The notes under the pieces are model-generated. The model did not search any database. It was not told the DNA's origin and was given only the letters and a program-made list of their open reading frames with translations. Positions 45,953 through 56,985 of a stretch of DNA of 57,483 nt are shown in pieces. This stretch comes from an uncultured Pseudomonadales bacterium (lineage in GTDB: Bacteria > Patescibacteriota > Microgenomatia > UBA1400 > MFAQ01). The translations under genes and the position numbers were made by a program. Within the stretch, counting starts at the first letter, position 1; every line of letters starts with the position of its first letter. The stretch covers positions 1 through 57,483 of the forward strand of contig CAZENT010000006.1 of the NCBI GenBank assembly GCA_964513845.1. The letters are read 5' to 3'.

Positions 45953-46764
45953 TTTTCTACTTTATTTGTTTTTTTCAAATAATCAGCGTCTTCTTCGTGA
46001 ACACCCTTAGCAGCCGCCCCTCTCTTACTAACCATATACTTCGACAGCTTGCGTTTGCTGGTGGCATCAAACTCTTCCACTATCTTTCCATCGATGATAT
46101 GGATCACTCGATTGGCATATTTCATGTACTCCAAATCATGCGTCACCATAATAATCGTCTTACCGTTTTCTTCATTCAATTTCTTTAATAAGTTCATCAG
46201 CTCTTCTCCCGAAGTTGAGTCCAGATTTCCCGTTGGTTCATCAGCAATAATCACCTCCGGGTCAACCACCAAAGATCGAGCCAAACCCACCTTTTGCTGC
46301 TGTCCTGAAGACAGCTCACTTGGGGAGTAATCAGCCCAATCAGCCATGCCCATCAAGCTCAACTTTTCTTTGGCAATAACAGCAGCAGACGCCGGCATCA
46401 TGCCTTTAAGAAACAGGGGAAAAGCCACATTTTCAATTACCGAAAGAGATTTAACCCAGTATGAAGCTTGGAAAACAAGACCCACTTTGTTTTTTCTGAA
46501 AGTAGATATTTCATCATCGTTCATTTTGTTAAAATCATTCCCCAAAAAAGTCACCCTTCCAATCGATGGCTTTTCTAATCCCAGCACTGCATGTAACAGA
46601 GTACTCTTTCCACAGCCAGAAGGTCCAAAAATGATAAAGAAGTCACCTCTATTGATGGTTATGGAAATCCCCTTAAGAATCTTCACCATTTGTCCACCAA
46701 CCATGTAGTCTTTGTTGACATCTTCAACGACAACCAATGGTCCTTTTTCTGTATTGTTTTTCAT
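45949..46764 (-). CDS. ABC transporter ATP-binding protein (LolD/MacB type)
   Basis: GPSGCGKST, LSSGQQQKV, IIADEPTGNLD, VTHD; ATGA overlap with the permease. Confidence 0.96.
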   Translation of the reverse strand: MKNNTEKGPLVVVEDVNKDYMVGGQMVKILKGISITINRGDFFIIFGPSGCGKSTLLHAVLGLEKPSIGRVTFLGNDFNKMNDDEISTFRKNKVGLVFQASYWVKSLSVIENVAFPLFLKGMMPASAAVIAKEKLSLMGMADWADYSPSELSSGQQQKVGLARSLVVDPEVIIADEPTGNLDSTSGEELMNLLKKLNEENGKTIIMVTHDLEYMKYANRVIHIIDGKIVEEFDATSKRKLSKYMVSKRGAAAKGVHEEDADYLKKTNKVEK

Positions 46765-46786
46765 GACGCTTTTATTATCATACCCG

Positions 46787-49700
46787 TTACTGACCTCCAG
46801 CTAAACCCCCTAAAAATCCGAAGGCTTGAGAAAGATTGCCCACAACCAGGTTCAAAGCGCTTTGTGTTGCTTTTGGTGTGATTACAACCGTATCGATCGA
46901 CTCGGCCACATTTGCGCCAAGATCGGCCGAAACAGCTTTCAAGCGATACACTTTTGAGGGAACTAAATTCTGGATAACCACAAGATGGGTATATACCGGC
47001 GCAGAATCAACCTGAGTTTTGTTGGCTAACGCTCCAGTTGAGCCCTCTCCGTATACCACCTGAGAGCTTGCCAACTCATCTGTTTCCCAAGACACAATTA
47101 GCTGTGCCCTTGCCTCCTCACCAGTGCCCTGAATTGACATCTCAGTGTTCATATTACTAATCTGAGGAGGTCTGGTATCAGAAGCCGTTGTGAAAATTTG
47201 CGACTCAGAAATAGCCTCGTTTCCGCCCTTATCTCTACCCTTAACGATCAAAGTGTAAGGAGCGTTGGCGATCAAACCTTTGATGATCATCTTGTGAGCC
47301 TTGGTCATCTTGATATCCACACTATCCTTAACCATCGAAGGGCTAGCGGAAGGATAATAAGTTACGATAGAAGATACTTCTGTGTTTGAAGACCAGGTAA
47401 TGAGCATGGTACTGGTCGCGGCACCCTTTACTTGTTGCAACTTTACGTTTGTCACTTTTGGTCTAGGTAAAGTTTCAAAAGAATAAATATCACCCGGATA
47501 CACTGCTCCATCAACATCAAACAAATCAACACGATAGTAGTATTTAGTTCCATCTTCAAGTCCTTCAAGATACACACCATAAGTGGCTTCTGTGGGTGAT
47601 ATTGCCAGCTCAGCAGTGCCACCAAAAGATGTCGATTTCCCATACAATACCGAAACCTTTTCAGCACCAGATGAAGTGAAGTTGATTGTTGCTTTATCTA
47701 GGCCCACGCTTGTTGCTTTGACCTCTTTTGCAGAAGGTGCAGGACTGGTACTAAAACTATTCTCATCACTAATGCCCAGATTACCATCCTCATCAGTCCA
47801 TTTTGCCACATAATAATACGTAGTTCCTGGAGCCAAGTTGGTAATCGTCAACACATGGCTAATCGCTTGGTCAGAGTTTCCCACTTCAGTGTCGATGTAT
47901 TTTCCGGGCTCTGTGCCGTAAGCAATCTTAGAATCGGAGGTTCTATTGGTTGTCCAGCTAATGGTTGCTTTTTTTGTTGTTACATTTGAAGCCATAGGTT
48001 CATCCACAAGGTCGGCCGGCAAAATAAATTTGCCGTCCGGGTACTGCTCCACAATCGAGCCAAAAGCTCCGCAGTTGTTGGCGCTGTCGCAAGCCTTCAC
48101 CTTGTACTGATATGTAAGCTGTGACAAGCCTGTGTCTACATACGATATACCAGCCGTTGAAGCCACTTTGGTAAATGTCGCTCCAGCATCACTGGATCTC
48201 CAAATCTGATAACTCGCCACGTTATCCCCGCCCTCACTTGGCTGTTGCCAGGTAATGGCAATCTTCCAAGCCTTGGTGGCTTTAACCGACACATCTGCAA
48301 TATCCATGTTCTCTGGCATACCTGGGGCTGGTGTATTGGCATAAAAAGTTGCTGTCGCATACTGTTTGAAATCAATATTACCCGCTTCATCTTTGGCCAC
48401 AACATAGAAAGTATTTTCACCCGGTAAAGTTGCATAAGGTCCTGGTATTAAGTGAGTTAGCGCAGTTTCTTGAACATTTGCAATCGAAGGAAGAGCGTTC
48501 ACGCTATAGAAATATCGAAGATTGCTGATATTGCCATAGTAAACCTCAGGCGCAGACCAAGAAAATTCGAAGGAGTTGGTTGCTGAAGTTTCCGGAGACA
48601 CAGACAAGCTCTTCGGAGGCGACGGTGAATCATCATTGAAATAATATGACACTGTTGAGGTCGGACTAAAATTACCCGCATTGTCTTTGGCGCGAAGATA
48701 GAATGTGTTAGCGCCTTTTTTGTATGAAGGCACATCTGTAATTGTTAACTCTGTTGTACATCTTTCTGTCGCGAAATCTCCAGTTGACGCGCCTGTCTTG
48801 TAACAATAACCCGCGATGCCTGAAGCACTGTCTGTCGCAATACCCCATGAGAAAGAAAATCGATCAACAGCAGAGTAGCCAGAAGGGTCTGCCGAAAGAT
48901 CATCGGGCTGTGTTGGCGCTCTGTTATCAAATTTATAGACAAATGGTCTCCAAATATTTTCATTGACATTCCCTGCTTCATCTTTTGTGGTCAGGGCAAA
49001 ATAGTATGTCTCTCCGGAAACAAGACCGGATGTCACCATATTATTTTCTTCTTGGAAATAACTTTCAACTACAGGATTACCGCTATCTGTTGCAAACATG
49101 GCTGCGTAATACCCTAAAACACCTGAGCCGGTTGCTGTGTCTGTAGCTCCACTCTCAGATCCTTCCTCCGGCCATGTAATATCTATAGCGGGATATGGAT
49201 ACCAATTATTTGACTGGATTTGAGCCGAGTTTGTGGCTGTACTATATACTTTCAAACCCTCGTCGGATGGGTTTTCTGGCGCGGTTGTGTCTTGAATATA
49301 GTTAATTGTGTAGTCAGAAACAACTCCCGATCCAATACCTCTCAACGAAGTTAAACCTATCTTAATCTGAATATAAGGATTTACTGGTGATGATATCTTG
49401 TACTCATATGTCGTGTTGTTCAATATTTTGAGAGAATTTGCACTTACCCAAGAAGACCATGTTTCCGCATCAGCAGACGAACGGGTATAAACCGAAATAC
49501 TTGAGTCGTTAGCACTAGAATACGTTAATCTCAAATTACTCCATTTATAAACGTCACCAACAAAATGTGCCCCTGAAATGAACTCTCCGCTTTCTTCAAA
49601 ACTAGCCGTTGTGGATGGTATTACATAGGTATAAACACCGTCTCCAAAAGTAGCCGTTCCGTTCCCGGCTAACAAATACAGTCTTCCATCTCCACCGTTA

Positions 49701-52700
49701 ACCATTCCACCACCTGATGTCACGTTAGCCGGTAATCGTGGCATAACCTCCCAAGTATTATTTGCAATTGAGTATCTTAAGAAATGATATGAGTTTTCAC
49801 CTTTTACAAAATATAAATATCCATCGCGACCGTCTGCCAAAGCAGCACCGTAATACGCTCGATATGTTGTTGAAGGTAAATCGGCCACAAGAGGGTCTGA
49901 CCAAGTATTAGCAGCCACATCATATCGATAAAAACTCAAAGTGGCATCTCCTCTGGTCGCGTAGATATATCCATCTTTATAGACCAATGACGCACTATTC
50001 CCCGCATAGGGGATGTTTGCCATTGTGCTCCAACGTGATCCTGAATTCGCTAAGTAGTCGTAACGATAAAAAGATGATCCACCTCCTCTCGTCCAATAAA
50101 GGTACCTACTTCCGTCAAAAGTCAAGGTTGATCCGTACTGGTTAGGTAAAGCCGGTGGATTATCATCCTCAGACCACGTATTGGTTGCGATATCGTATAC
50201 AAATAATTTTTGCCAATAACTTGATACAAAATATATTTTATTGTTTACACTGTTGTACTCAATATTTTGACCAAACATCGAACCGCTTGGAAGTGGAGAT
50301 AAATTGATAATCTCTCCTGTTACCTTGTTGTAACGAACAAAATTATTTGAATAATTACCTTTTGTCAGATATAAATAATCTCCGTCACCTCTTATGATTG
50401 AACCACCATAACTTGGCATATCATAAGAAGAACCATAAAAGTTCTTTCCAAACAAACCACTCGTTGGAATCTGCCAATAATCTGTGGCAATATCATATTT
50501 CCAAACCAGCTGTGAATTGCCACCCGCGGTTACCATTAAACTTCCACCAATATTTCTAATATCTGAACCGTAACTAATTCCTGCTGGAGCATCGCTTAGA
50601 GCAATCCATGTTTGCGTGTTTATATCAAACTTAAAAAAGTCAGGCGTACCAACCCCAGAAGTGTAATAAACAGCGTTGCTATCTTGATCAAAGTAGATTG
50701 AACTACCAGATCCTGCAATTGTGGGAAGGTCAGTTAATACTGTCCATTGATCGTTTGTTATTGAGTATGAAGAGAAACTTGGCTGTGAGTATCCTTGAAT
50801 TGAGTAGATTGTGTCATTCCCATCATAAGTTAAATCACCACCATCATAGACTAAGTTATTTGATGCTTGATCAGGAGCTCCGTAATCTGTGTTATCTAGT
50901 GTCGCCCAAGTATCTGTTGTGGTGTCGTAAGACCAAAAAGTATCATCAGCGTTACCTCGAGTCACATAAATATATCGACTGCCGTCATATATCATACTAC
51001 TTCCGTAATGTATTGTATTTGGAGCGTCAGCCATATCTTCCCAAGTATTATTGACAATTGAATAGCGCATAAAACCAGCCGTATTATTTCCTCTTAAGGC
51101 GAAAAGAAATCCTTCTGGTCCTTCAATTACTCCTCCGCCCATGTAAACACTACCTCCAGAACCAGCCAGTTGAGTCCAAGTATCACTTCCAAAATCATAT
51201 TCGTAAAAGTTTGTACTATTGTTCCCTTGGAAAGTATAAAGTTTATTTGTGCTGGCGATATATGCCATAGTTCGAGCACCGTAAGAAATTCCGACGGGTG
51301 AAATCGAAAGTCTATCTTGAAGCCATATTCCATTTGATTTACCCGCCAGCTTAATTTCATCACCATCAACATTAATATTTGTTGCACTTCCCGTAGCAAA
51401 TTCTGTCGTCAAACTTGCCGTAGAAGTTTTCTCGGCCGGAATTCCACTGTAAATATAGTTAAAGGCATTTAAACTACTAGATACATTTCCAGAAGTGTCT
51501 TTTGTCTTAATTAACAAATAGTAACTTCCAGCACTAAGAGGCTCGGTCACTGTGTAGTTTGAAGTCGTCTGCCAAGTACCTGAATCAACCGGGTTGGCGC
51601 TACTCGAGTTACCAAAATACACATAATACCCCGCTACTTCAGTATCTGAATCAGAAGCTCCAGTCCAAGAAAAATACGGACTTGTAAACGAATATGTTTG
51701 GCCACTAACTAAATTCACGCCAGCCACTTCTGTCGACTTTGCCGTAAGATTCGTAGGATTTGAAGGGGCTATTGTATCCCCAGCATAATTAATTGCTATA
51801 GATTCAACAATTGGAGTATCTGTGTTGTCAGTGGTTGAGTTTATACCTACTTTTACCTGAATATATCTTGCGACCGGTGACTGAATACTATCTCCTGACG
51901 TTAATTGCCAACTGGACCAAACCAACTTGTCAGAACTTGTTCTTGTCGAGTATGTGACCATACTATCTCCTGGTGTAGACTCAACGGTATCAAGGCTACT
52001 CCAAGCTGTAACATATCCAAGATCAATTACCCCACTTGTCCATATTCCGGCATCAACATAATTGTCTGAACTTTGTGAATATTTTAAAACGTACTGAGTA
52101 CTTCCTCCTCTGATGATATATATTCCTCCATTACCATCAGATTTTACCGAACCACCCTCATGGGTTCCCCATCCAGCTGAACCCATTGTTGGCATATCTG
52201 TCAACCTTCTCCAGGAATCCGAGGTAATTGTGTATTCGAACAGTTCTTTATCGTAATTTCCAGGAATAGCGATAAATTTTCCATGACCATCATAAACCAT
52301 ATCCGACCCTGACATTGGTGCAAATGGCAACCTAGAAAGAGTACTCCAAGTGTTTGTTGCTATAGTATATTTTTGAAAATTTGATACACCCAGTCCTGGA
52401 ACTAAATATAGATCCGTTCCGTCAGAGACAAAAGCAGTTCCACTGCCAGCATATACTTCAGACTGTAAATCTGCGACGGCAGCGTCATCCCAAGAATTAC
52501 CACTAATACTATATCTCCAAGTTGTTGCTGTTCCACTTCCACGAACAGAGTAAATAAAATCACCACTTCCTGGATATGCTAATGCACCATCACTGACAGT
52601 TGCGGGAGTAACTGTCAAAGTAGTCCAGGTATTCGAACTAATCGTGTATTTTTGAAACTGAGTCGTCGCTGCCGAACCGCCCATCATATAAATCTCGCCA

Positions 52701-54064
52701 TTGGCAAGTACACCGTGAGTATATTGATTAAAAGTCTGATTTCCCGAAGGTGAATCTGCTAGCTGTGACCAAACACCAGAAGCAATATCATAGACATACA
52801 AGTTCCTCGTATTTACACCTCGAATTGTATATATTTTCCCTTGATAATAAAAACTATCTCCTCCTCTGCCCACCGTCACCGTTGAACCGTTGACAACTAA
52901 ATCTGAAGCTCCCAAGAAACTGTTTGAATCAATATCATATCTCCAAATATCTGTCGTACCACTTCCTCGGAAAACATAAATTAAATCATCACTAGCGTTG
53001 TACACCACACCTCCGTTCGACACCCGTATCGGCGTATCCTCTAAAGTTGTCCAAGTATTACCTTCAAGGTCATATCGATAAAAATTTCTTGTACTGCCGT
53101 TTCGAGTGAGATATAAATAATTTCCTTTTATCGTCCAGTTTGGATTGTATTCCGTCATTGTTCCTGGAACATTAGCCATTCTCGTCATCACCCCGTCACT
53201 TATTCGATAACGATACCAAGTAGTTATTGATCCTGACGTGTTGTACAAGTGGAATAAATAACCATTATGGTAAATCAAACCACCATAGTTATTTGCATAA
53301 GTAAATGGCTTCATGGCAGACCAAATGTTCGTCGCAATAGAATATTTGTAAAGCTCAGTATTTCCACGGGTTGCATATATGTACTCCCCATCGGTCGCCA
53401 TATGTGCTGAACTGACTAACTCTGGAAGATTATTCAGCCGGGTCCAAGAGTCTGTTGAAATTGTGTATTTATAAAAAACATCTTGATTGGCTCCAAAAAG
53501 AACATAAATATTCCCGTTGACATAAATCATGTTTCCTCCAGAAACTGAATATGGAGCAGGAGTTAAGTTTCTCCATTCATCGTTTTGAGGTAGATATCGA
53601 TAAAATTCATTATCTCCAGAACCCCTAAGTACATAAACATATTGACCATCAGATACATATGTGCCAGGCGAACCCAAACCCCATTCAGGCGCCTCAATCA
53701 CTCGAGGTTCCCAAGTACCATCTGCAGTCAATCGAAGGTTGTCGAAGCTTGAATTAGACTCGACAAGGTTATACTCACCTGCCTGCCAATCAACTGAGGT
53801 GCTTAGCGTCCTACTGCTAGCCTTTGCTTGAAAAAACTCACCCCACAAATCTTCAGTAAAACCATAGGGTACTAGTAAATTTAGAACGATTCCAAAGATA
53901 AATATTTTCTTGACAGCGACCCTGCAACCACGCCCAAAAACACTCTTCCTGAAATTCTTTCTGTCCGCTAGTGTTTTCAATTTATGTGCAGGCATAAACG
54001 CAATCATTAAGCTGGCAAAAACCAACCGTGATTTCAGTTTATACTTATATAATAAGGAAAACAA
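46787..54064 (-). CDS. Giant surface protein with Kelch propellers and Fn3/Ig-like domains
   Basis: 2425-aa ORF; many YxxxGG...YDxxxxxW Kelch repeats in two blocks; PSNPT, PTQP and PSPP-initiated Fn3 modules; exact start uncertain. Confidence 0.88.
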   Translation of the reverse strand: MFSLLYKYKLKSRLVFASLMIAFMPAHKLKTLADRKNFRKSVFGRGCRVAVKKIFIFGIVLNLLVPYGFTEDLWGEFFQAKASSRTLSTSVDWQAGEYNLVESNSSFDNLRLTADGTWEPRVIEAPEWGLGSPGTYVSDGQYVYVLRGSGDNEFYRYLPQNDEWRNLTPAPYSVSGGNMIYVNGNIYVLFGANQDVFYKYTISTDSWTRLNNLPELVSSAHMATDGEYIYATRGNTELYKYSIATNIWSAMKPFTYANNYGGLIYHNGYLFHLYNTSGSITTWYRYRISDGVMTRMANVPGTMTEYNPNWTIKGNYLYLTRNGSTRNFYRYDLEGNTWTTLEDTPIRVSNGGVVYNASDDLIYVFRGSGTTDIWRYDIDSNSFLGASDLVVNGSTVTVGRGGDSFYYQGKIYTIRGVNTRNLYVYDIASGVWSQLADSPSGNQTFNQYTHGVLANGEIYMMGGSAATTQFQKYTISSNTWTTLTVTPATVSDGALAYPGSGDFIYSVRGSGTATTWRYSISGNSWDDAAVADLQSEVYAGSGTAFVSDGTDLYLVPGLGVSNFQKYTIATNTWSTLSRLPFAPMSGSDMVYDGHGKFIAIPGNYDKELFEYTITSDSWRRLTDMPTMGSAGWGTHEGGSVKSDGNGGIYIIRGGSTQYVLKYSQSSDNYVDAGIWTSGVIDLGYVTAWSSLDTVESTPGDSMVTYSTRTSSDKLVWSSWQLTSGDSIQSPVARYIQVKVGINSTTDNTDTPIVESIAINYAGDTIAPSNPTNLTAKSTEVAGVNLVSGQTYSFTSPYFSWTGASDSDTEVAGYYVYFGNSSSANPVDSGTWQTTSNYTVTEPLSAGSYYLLIKTKDTSGNVSSSLNAFNYIYSGIPAEKTSTASLTTEFATGSATNINVDGDEIKLAGKSNGIWLQDRLSISPVGISYGARTMAYIASTNKLYTFQGNNSTNFYEYDFGSDTWTQLAGSGGSVYMGGGVIEGPEGFLFALRGNNTAGFMRYSIVNNTWEDMADAPNTIHYGSSMIYDGSRYIYVTRGNADDTFWSYDTTTDTWATLDNTDYGAPDQASNNLVYDGGDLTYDGNDTIYSIQGYSQPSFSSYSITNDQWTVLTDLPTIAGSGSSIYFDQDSNAVYYTSGVGTPDFFKFDINTQTWIALSDAPAGISYGSDIRNIGGSLMVTAGGNSQLVWKYDIATDYWQIPTSGLFGKNFYGSSYDMPSYGGSIIRGDGDYLYLTKGNYSNNFVRYNKVTGEIINLSPLPSGSMFGQNIEYNSVNNKIYFVSSYWQKLFVYDIATNTWSEDDNPPALPNQYGSTLTFDGSRYLYWTRGGGSSFYRYDYLANSGSRWSTMANIPYAGNSASLVYKDGYIYATRGDATLSFYRYDVAANTWSDPLVADLPSTTYRAYYGAALADGRDGYLYFVKGENSYHFLRYSIANNTWEVMPRLPANVTSGGGMVNGGDGRLYLLAGNGTATFGDGVYTYVIPSTTASFEESGEFISGAHFVGDVYKWSNLRLTYSSANDSSISVYTRSSADAETWSSWVSANSLKILNNTTYEYKISSPVNPYIQIKIGLTSLRGIGSGVVSDYTINYIQDTTAPENPSDEGLKVYSTATNSAQIQSNNWYPYPAIDITWPEEGSESGATDTATGSGVLGYYAAMFATDSGNPVVESYFQEENNMVTSGLVSGETYYFALTTKDEAGNVNENIWRPFVYKFDNRAPTQPDDLSADPSGYSAVDRFSFSWGIATDSASGIAGYCYKTGASTGDFATERCTTELTITDVPSYKKGANTFYLRAKDNAGNFSPTSTVSYYFNDDSPSPPKSLSVSPETSATNSFEFSWSAPEVYYGNISNLRYFYSVNALPSIANVQETALTHLIPGPYATLPGENTFYVVAKDEAGNIDFKQYATATFYANTPAPGMPENMDIADVSVKATKAWKIAITWQQPSEGGDNVASYQIWRSSDAGATFTKVASTAGISYVDTGLSQLTYQYKVKACDSANNCGAFGSIVEQYPDGKFILPADLVDEPMASNVTTKKATISWTTNRTSDSKIAYGTEPGKYIDTEVGNSDQAISHVLTITNLAPGTTYYYVAKWTDEDGNLGISDENSFSTSPAPSAKEVKATSVGLDKATINFTSSGAEKVSVLYGKSTSFGGTAELAISPTEATYGVYLEGLEDGTKYYYRVDLFDVDGAVYPGDIYSFETLPRPKVTNVKLQQVKGAATSTMLITWSSNTEVSSIVTYYPSASPSMVKDSVDIKMTKAHKMIIKGLIANAPYTLIVKGRDKGGNEAISESQIFTTASDTRPPQISNMNTEMSIQGTGEEARAQLIVSWETDELASSQVVYGEGSTGALANKTQVDSAPVYTHLVVIQNLVPSKVYRLKAVSADLGANVAESIDTVVITPKATQSALNLVVGNLSQAFGFLGGLAGGQ

Positions 54065-54118
54065 TACTCAGTTCGTGCCCAAATCTGTAACTTTTTTGAT
54101 AATAAAATACTGGGTAAC

Positions 54119-55393
54119 TTATAAGGAAAAATTCAGCTTCTTATAGTCCCCAACTACCGCTATTGAAAGATTTCCCTTTTTGAATATCTCTGAAGCTAAC
54201 GACCTTATATCATCCATTGTCACCTTTTCGATTCTATCCATAATTTCCTCAGGACTAAATATTTTTTTTCGAAAAAGTGTATCTTCCAGAGCATTTCCAA
54301 GCACTTCCTCTGGCTTGTCAAAAGCTAAAGCCAGTCTGCCTCGAAAACAGTCTTTTGCCACTTTTAGCTCTTCATCTTTAATTGCCCAAACGTTGCCACC
54401 TGCCAATCCAAGACTAATTTCTGTGATTAGTTCCACCGCTTCATTTAGTTTATTTTTTGGCAGACCAGCTCCAACCATCACGCTTCCGGCATCTGTAAAT
54501 TGATCAATTCCCGAACCAATGGCATATGCCCAACCTCTTTCCTCACGGACTTCTCTCATCAAACGAGACATCCAACCATCTCCATAAATTATATTTAACA
54601 ATTCCAAAGTAAACCTACGTTCATCTGTCATCTTAATGCCTCTAAATGCCATGTAAACAGCTGCCTGCTCCACTTTACGGCTCACTAACTTAACTTTTGG
54701 CTTCTCTTGTTTGTCCCAAGAAAATCTATCTTTCTTTGGTAAGGCTCTCTTGTCATCAATAAGAGGAGTAAATTCTTTTTTTATCAAATCCAACATTTCG
54801 GCGTCAGTTCCGTATTTCCCCACGACACCCACGACAATATTTTCTCCTGTAAACCATTTTTCAAAATACTTGCGTAAGCTTTCTACTGTCATCGCCTTCA
54901 AACTTTTCACTGTGCCGATAATTGGTCTGCCCATGTTTGTATTTCCGTATAACAGCTTCTCACACTCCTCGGCTGCTTTACTATTTGGTCGGTCCTCATA
55001 CATGTAGAGCTCTTCTAAAATTGTGCCTCTTTCCTTACCAAAATGCTCTTTGGGAAGAACAGGCTCTGTTACCACCTGGCCCACAATCTCAGTCGCCAAA
55101 GCCACATGCCCCTTGTCCATCTTTACCCAAAAACCCATCTCGTTCTGACCAGTATAGGCATTAAAGGCCCCGCCAACCTTTTCTACAGCCTCATTGATAT
55201 CAAACACCTTGGGAAATTTTCTGGTTCCTTTAAACACGAAATGTTCCAAAAAATGAGCCGAACCGGCCTCTTTATCAGTTTCCTCTCGCGAACCCGTGCC
55301 TATCATCACCCGTACTGTGACCGACTCTCTTTCTTCAGGAACCAGTACCACTCTTAATTTACCCAACTTATATGTTTTTGGTGAAAATCTCAT
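54119..55393 (-). CDS. M16 (pitrilysin/insulinase) family peptidase
   Basis: GSAHFLEH (HxxEH), NAYT, SRLMREVREERGWAY. Confidence 0.94.
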   Translation of the reverse strand: MRFSPKTYKLGKLRVVLVPEERESVTVRVMIGTGSREETDKEAGSAHFLEHFVFKGTRKFPKVFDINEAVEKVGGAFNAYTGQNEMGFWVKMDKGHVALATEIVGQVVTEPVLPKEHFGKERGTILEELYMYEDRPNSKAAEECEKLLYGNTNMGRPIIGTVKSLKAMTVESLRKYFEKWFTGENIVVGVVGKYGTDAEMLDLIKKEFTPLIDDKRALPKKDRFSWDKQEKPKVKLVSRKVEQAAVYMAFRGIKMTDERRFTLELLNIIYGDGWMSRLMREVREERGWAYAIGSGIDQFTDAGSVMVGAGLPKNKLNEAVELITEISLGLAGGNVWAIKDEELKVAKDCFRGRLALAFDKPEEVLGNALEDTLFRKKIFSPEEIMDRIEKVTMDDIRSLASEIFKKGNLSIAVVGDYKKLNFSL

Positions 55394-55503
55394 GCCTCAA
55401 TTGTACTGCCTACCATATCCCTTTGCGAAGTTAAATTTTTCTACAGTCTATTCCCTTTTCGAAATTCATCTCGTTCATTTTTCCCAAAATTCCATAGTGC
55501 TTG

Positions 55504-55904
55504 TCCAATTTAAAAAATATTGCGCAATATACAAAATTCCGCAGTACTTCGTCCTTACGAGGAAGTTACGCAAAGCCAAAAAGCTCAAATAAAAAAATTT
55601 TGTTTCTCAATAACACAAGTCCGTAGTCTAAATTCAAGCATTGTTATGTTGAAGTAAAGCAAATCTCCTTCCATTTGGCATTTAGTATTTTTGACAATGA
55701 GCCGCATGTCCGTAATTTTCTCCATTATTCATTTTCCCTTAAATTCCGCAGGACTTCGTCCTTATGAGGAAGTTACGCAAAGCCAAAAAAGCCTGGTCTT
55801 TTTGTAATCAAAAAGTTTTTGGCTGTGTAATAGGCTGCAGTTCGCGCTGGCGAACTGACATGGCCGGTCCTCAGAAGGACAAGTACGAGAGGAATCAGGA
55901 AAAT
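55504..55904 (+). repeat. Tandem structured repeats E4 and E5
   Basis: Two consecutive copies of the CCGCAG...ACGCAAAGCC module; E4 tail matches E2 and E5 matches E3. Confidence 0.85.
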
Positions 55905-55991
55905 GATCACAGGCAACAAATCTAATAAGAGAAAAACTTTTTGAGAACAAAGAAAAGGGGCTTGGTTCATCACCTCGCCCCTTGTCTCTTT

Positions 55992-56040
55992 ACGAAACGA
56001 ACACGAACAACTAACACGAACGGACCACGAACACGAACAC
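55992..56040. repeat. Degenerate (ACGAAC)n short-unit tract
   Basis: ACGAAACGAACACGAACAACTAACACGAACGGACCACGAACACGAACAC. Confidence 0.7.
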
Positions 56041-56208
56041 TTGCAATGTGCAAACAAACTTATTTAGTCGTTGCAACCTGATCAGGGCTATTGAGAGTAA
56101 ACTCTTGAACGTCTTCAAGTCACTTTTCAATCAAGGCAACCAACTAACAAGGATGTTCTTAGCATCCTCATCCATAGTAATAGATATTTTTCTAAACTTC
56201 AAGCCCCC

Positions 56209-56985
56209 TCACTTCTCTGTAAAAACTTTGATCTCACCGGCATCAAAAAACACCTCAACACTTCCAGAGTAATCAGTTCTCAACACTTTCGCTTTAACTC
56301 TATCTAACCGTATCAAAGTATCACTGTTAGGGTGGCCAAAGGTGTTTTTTGCTCCAACAGATACAATGGCTATTTTTGGGCTCAGCTTCTCCAAAAACGG
56401 ATTAGTCGAACTGTATTTAGACCCGTGATGAGGCACTTTTAAAACAGTCGTCTTTTTTAGCACTCCCTCATTAAATAGTGCCAACTCCGTCTTCTCGCCT
56501 ATGTCTGCCGTAAATAAAGCCGAAAAATCAAAATACTTCACCAGCAATACCATCGAGTCTTCATTTTCCTCTTTTGAGCTACTTGAGGCCAATTGTTCTT
56601 TCTGTTCGTTTCCCATTAATATATCAAAATACAAATCTTTATATCGATACGCATCATTCTTTCTCGCAAACTCCACTACCTTATCGATTTTGTACCGAAA
56701 GGCCAGCCCTTTCAAGGCTCCGTTGTGATCCGCCTGTGGATGGCTGATAAATACCAGATTAATGCGTCGATCCCAAAAGGGCATCTCCTTGCTCAAACAG
56801 GTAAACAGTTTCGACTCACTCGGGCCAGTGTCGATCAGGGCTTGAAATGAACCCAAGACAACCAACGCTGCATCCCCCTGCCCCACATCGCAAAATACTA
56901 CTCGAAGCTTCCCGTCCGGCCACTGTTGCCACACCCAAACCAGGCTCAGTAAAACAATAACTACCATCCATCTTTTCCAGTTCAC
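56209..56985 (-). CDS. ComEC/Rec2 metallo-beta-lactamase domain protein
   Basis: FCDVGQGDA, LIDTG, SHPQADH, LFTADIG, LKVPHHGS, FGHP. Confidence 0.92.
   Translation of the reverse strand: MNWKRWMVVIVLLSLVWVWQQWPDGKLRVVFCDVGQGDAALVVLGSFQALIDTGPSESKLFTCLSKEMPFWDRRINLVFISHPQADHNGALKGLAFRYKIDKVVEFARKNDAYRYKDLYFDILMGNEQKEQLASSSSKEENEDSMVLLVKYFDFSALFTADIGEKTELALFNEGVLKKTTVLKVPHHGSKYSSTNPFLEKLSPKIAIVSVGAKNTFGHPNSDTLIRLDRVKAKVLRTDYSGSVEVFFDAGEIKVFTEK

Noticed and set aside
46787-54064. Diversity-generating retroelement acting on the giant protein
   Set aside because: No reverse transcriptase and no template/variable repeat pair differing at adenines was seen; the repeats are diverged Kelch units
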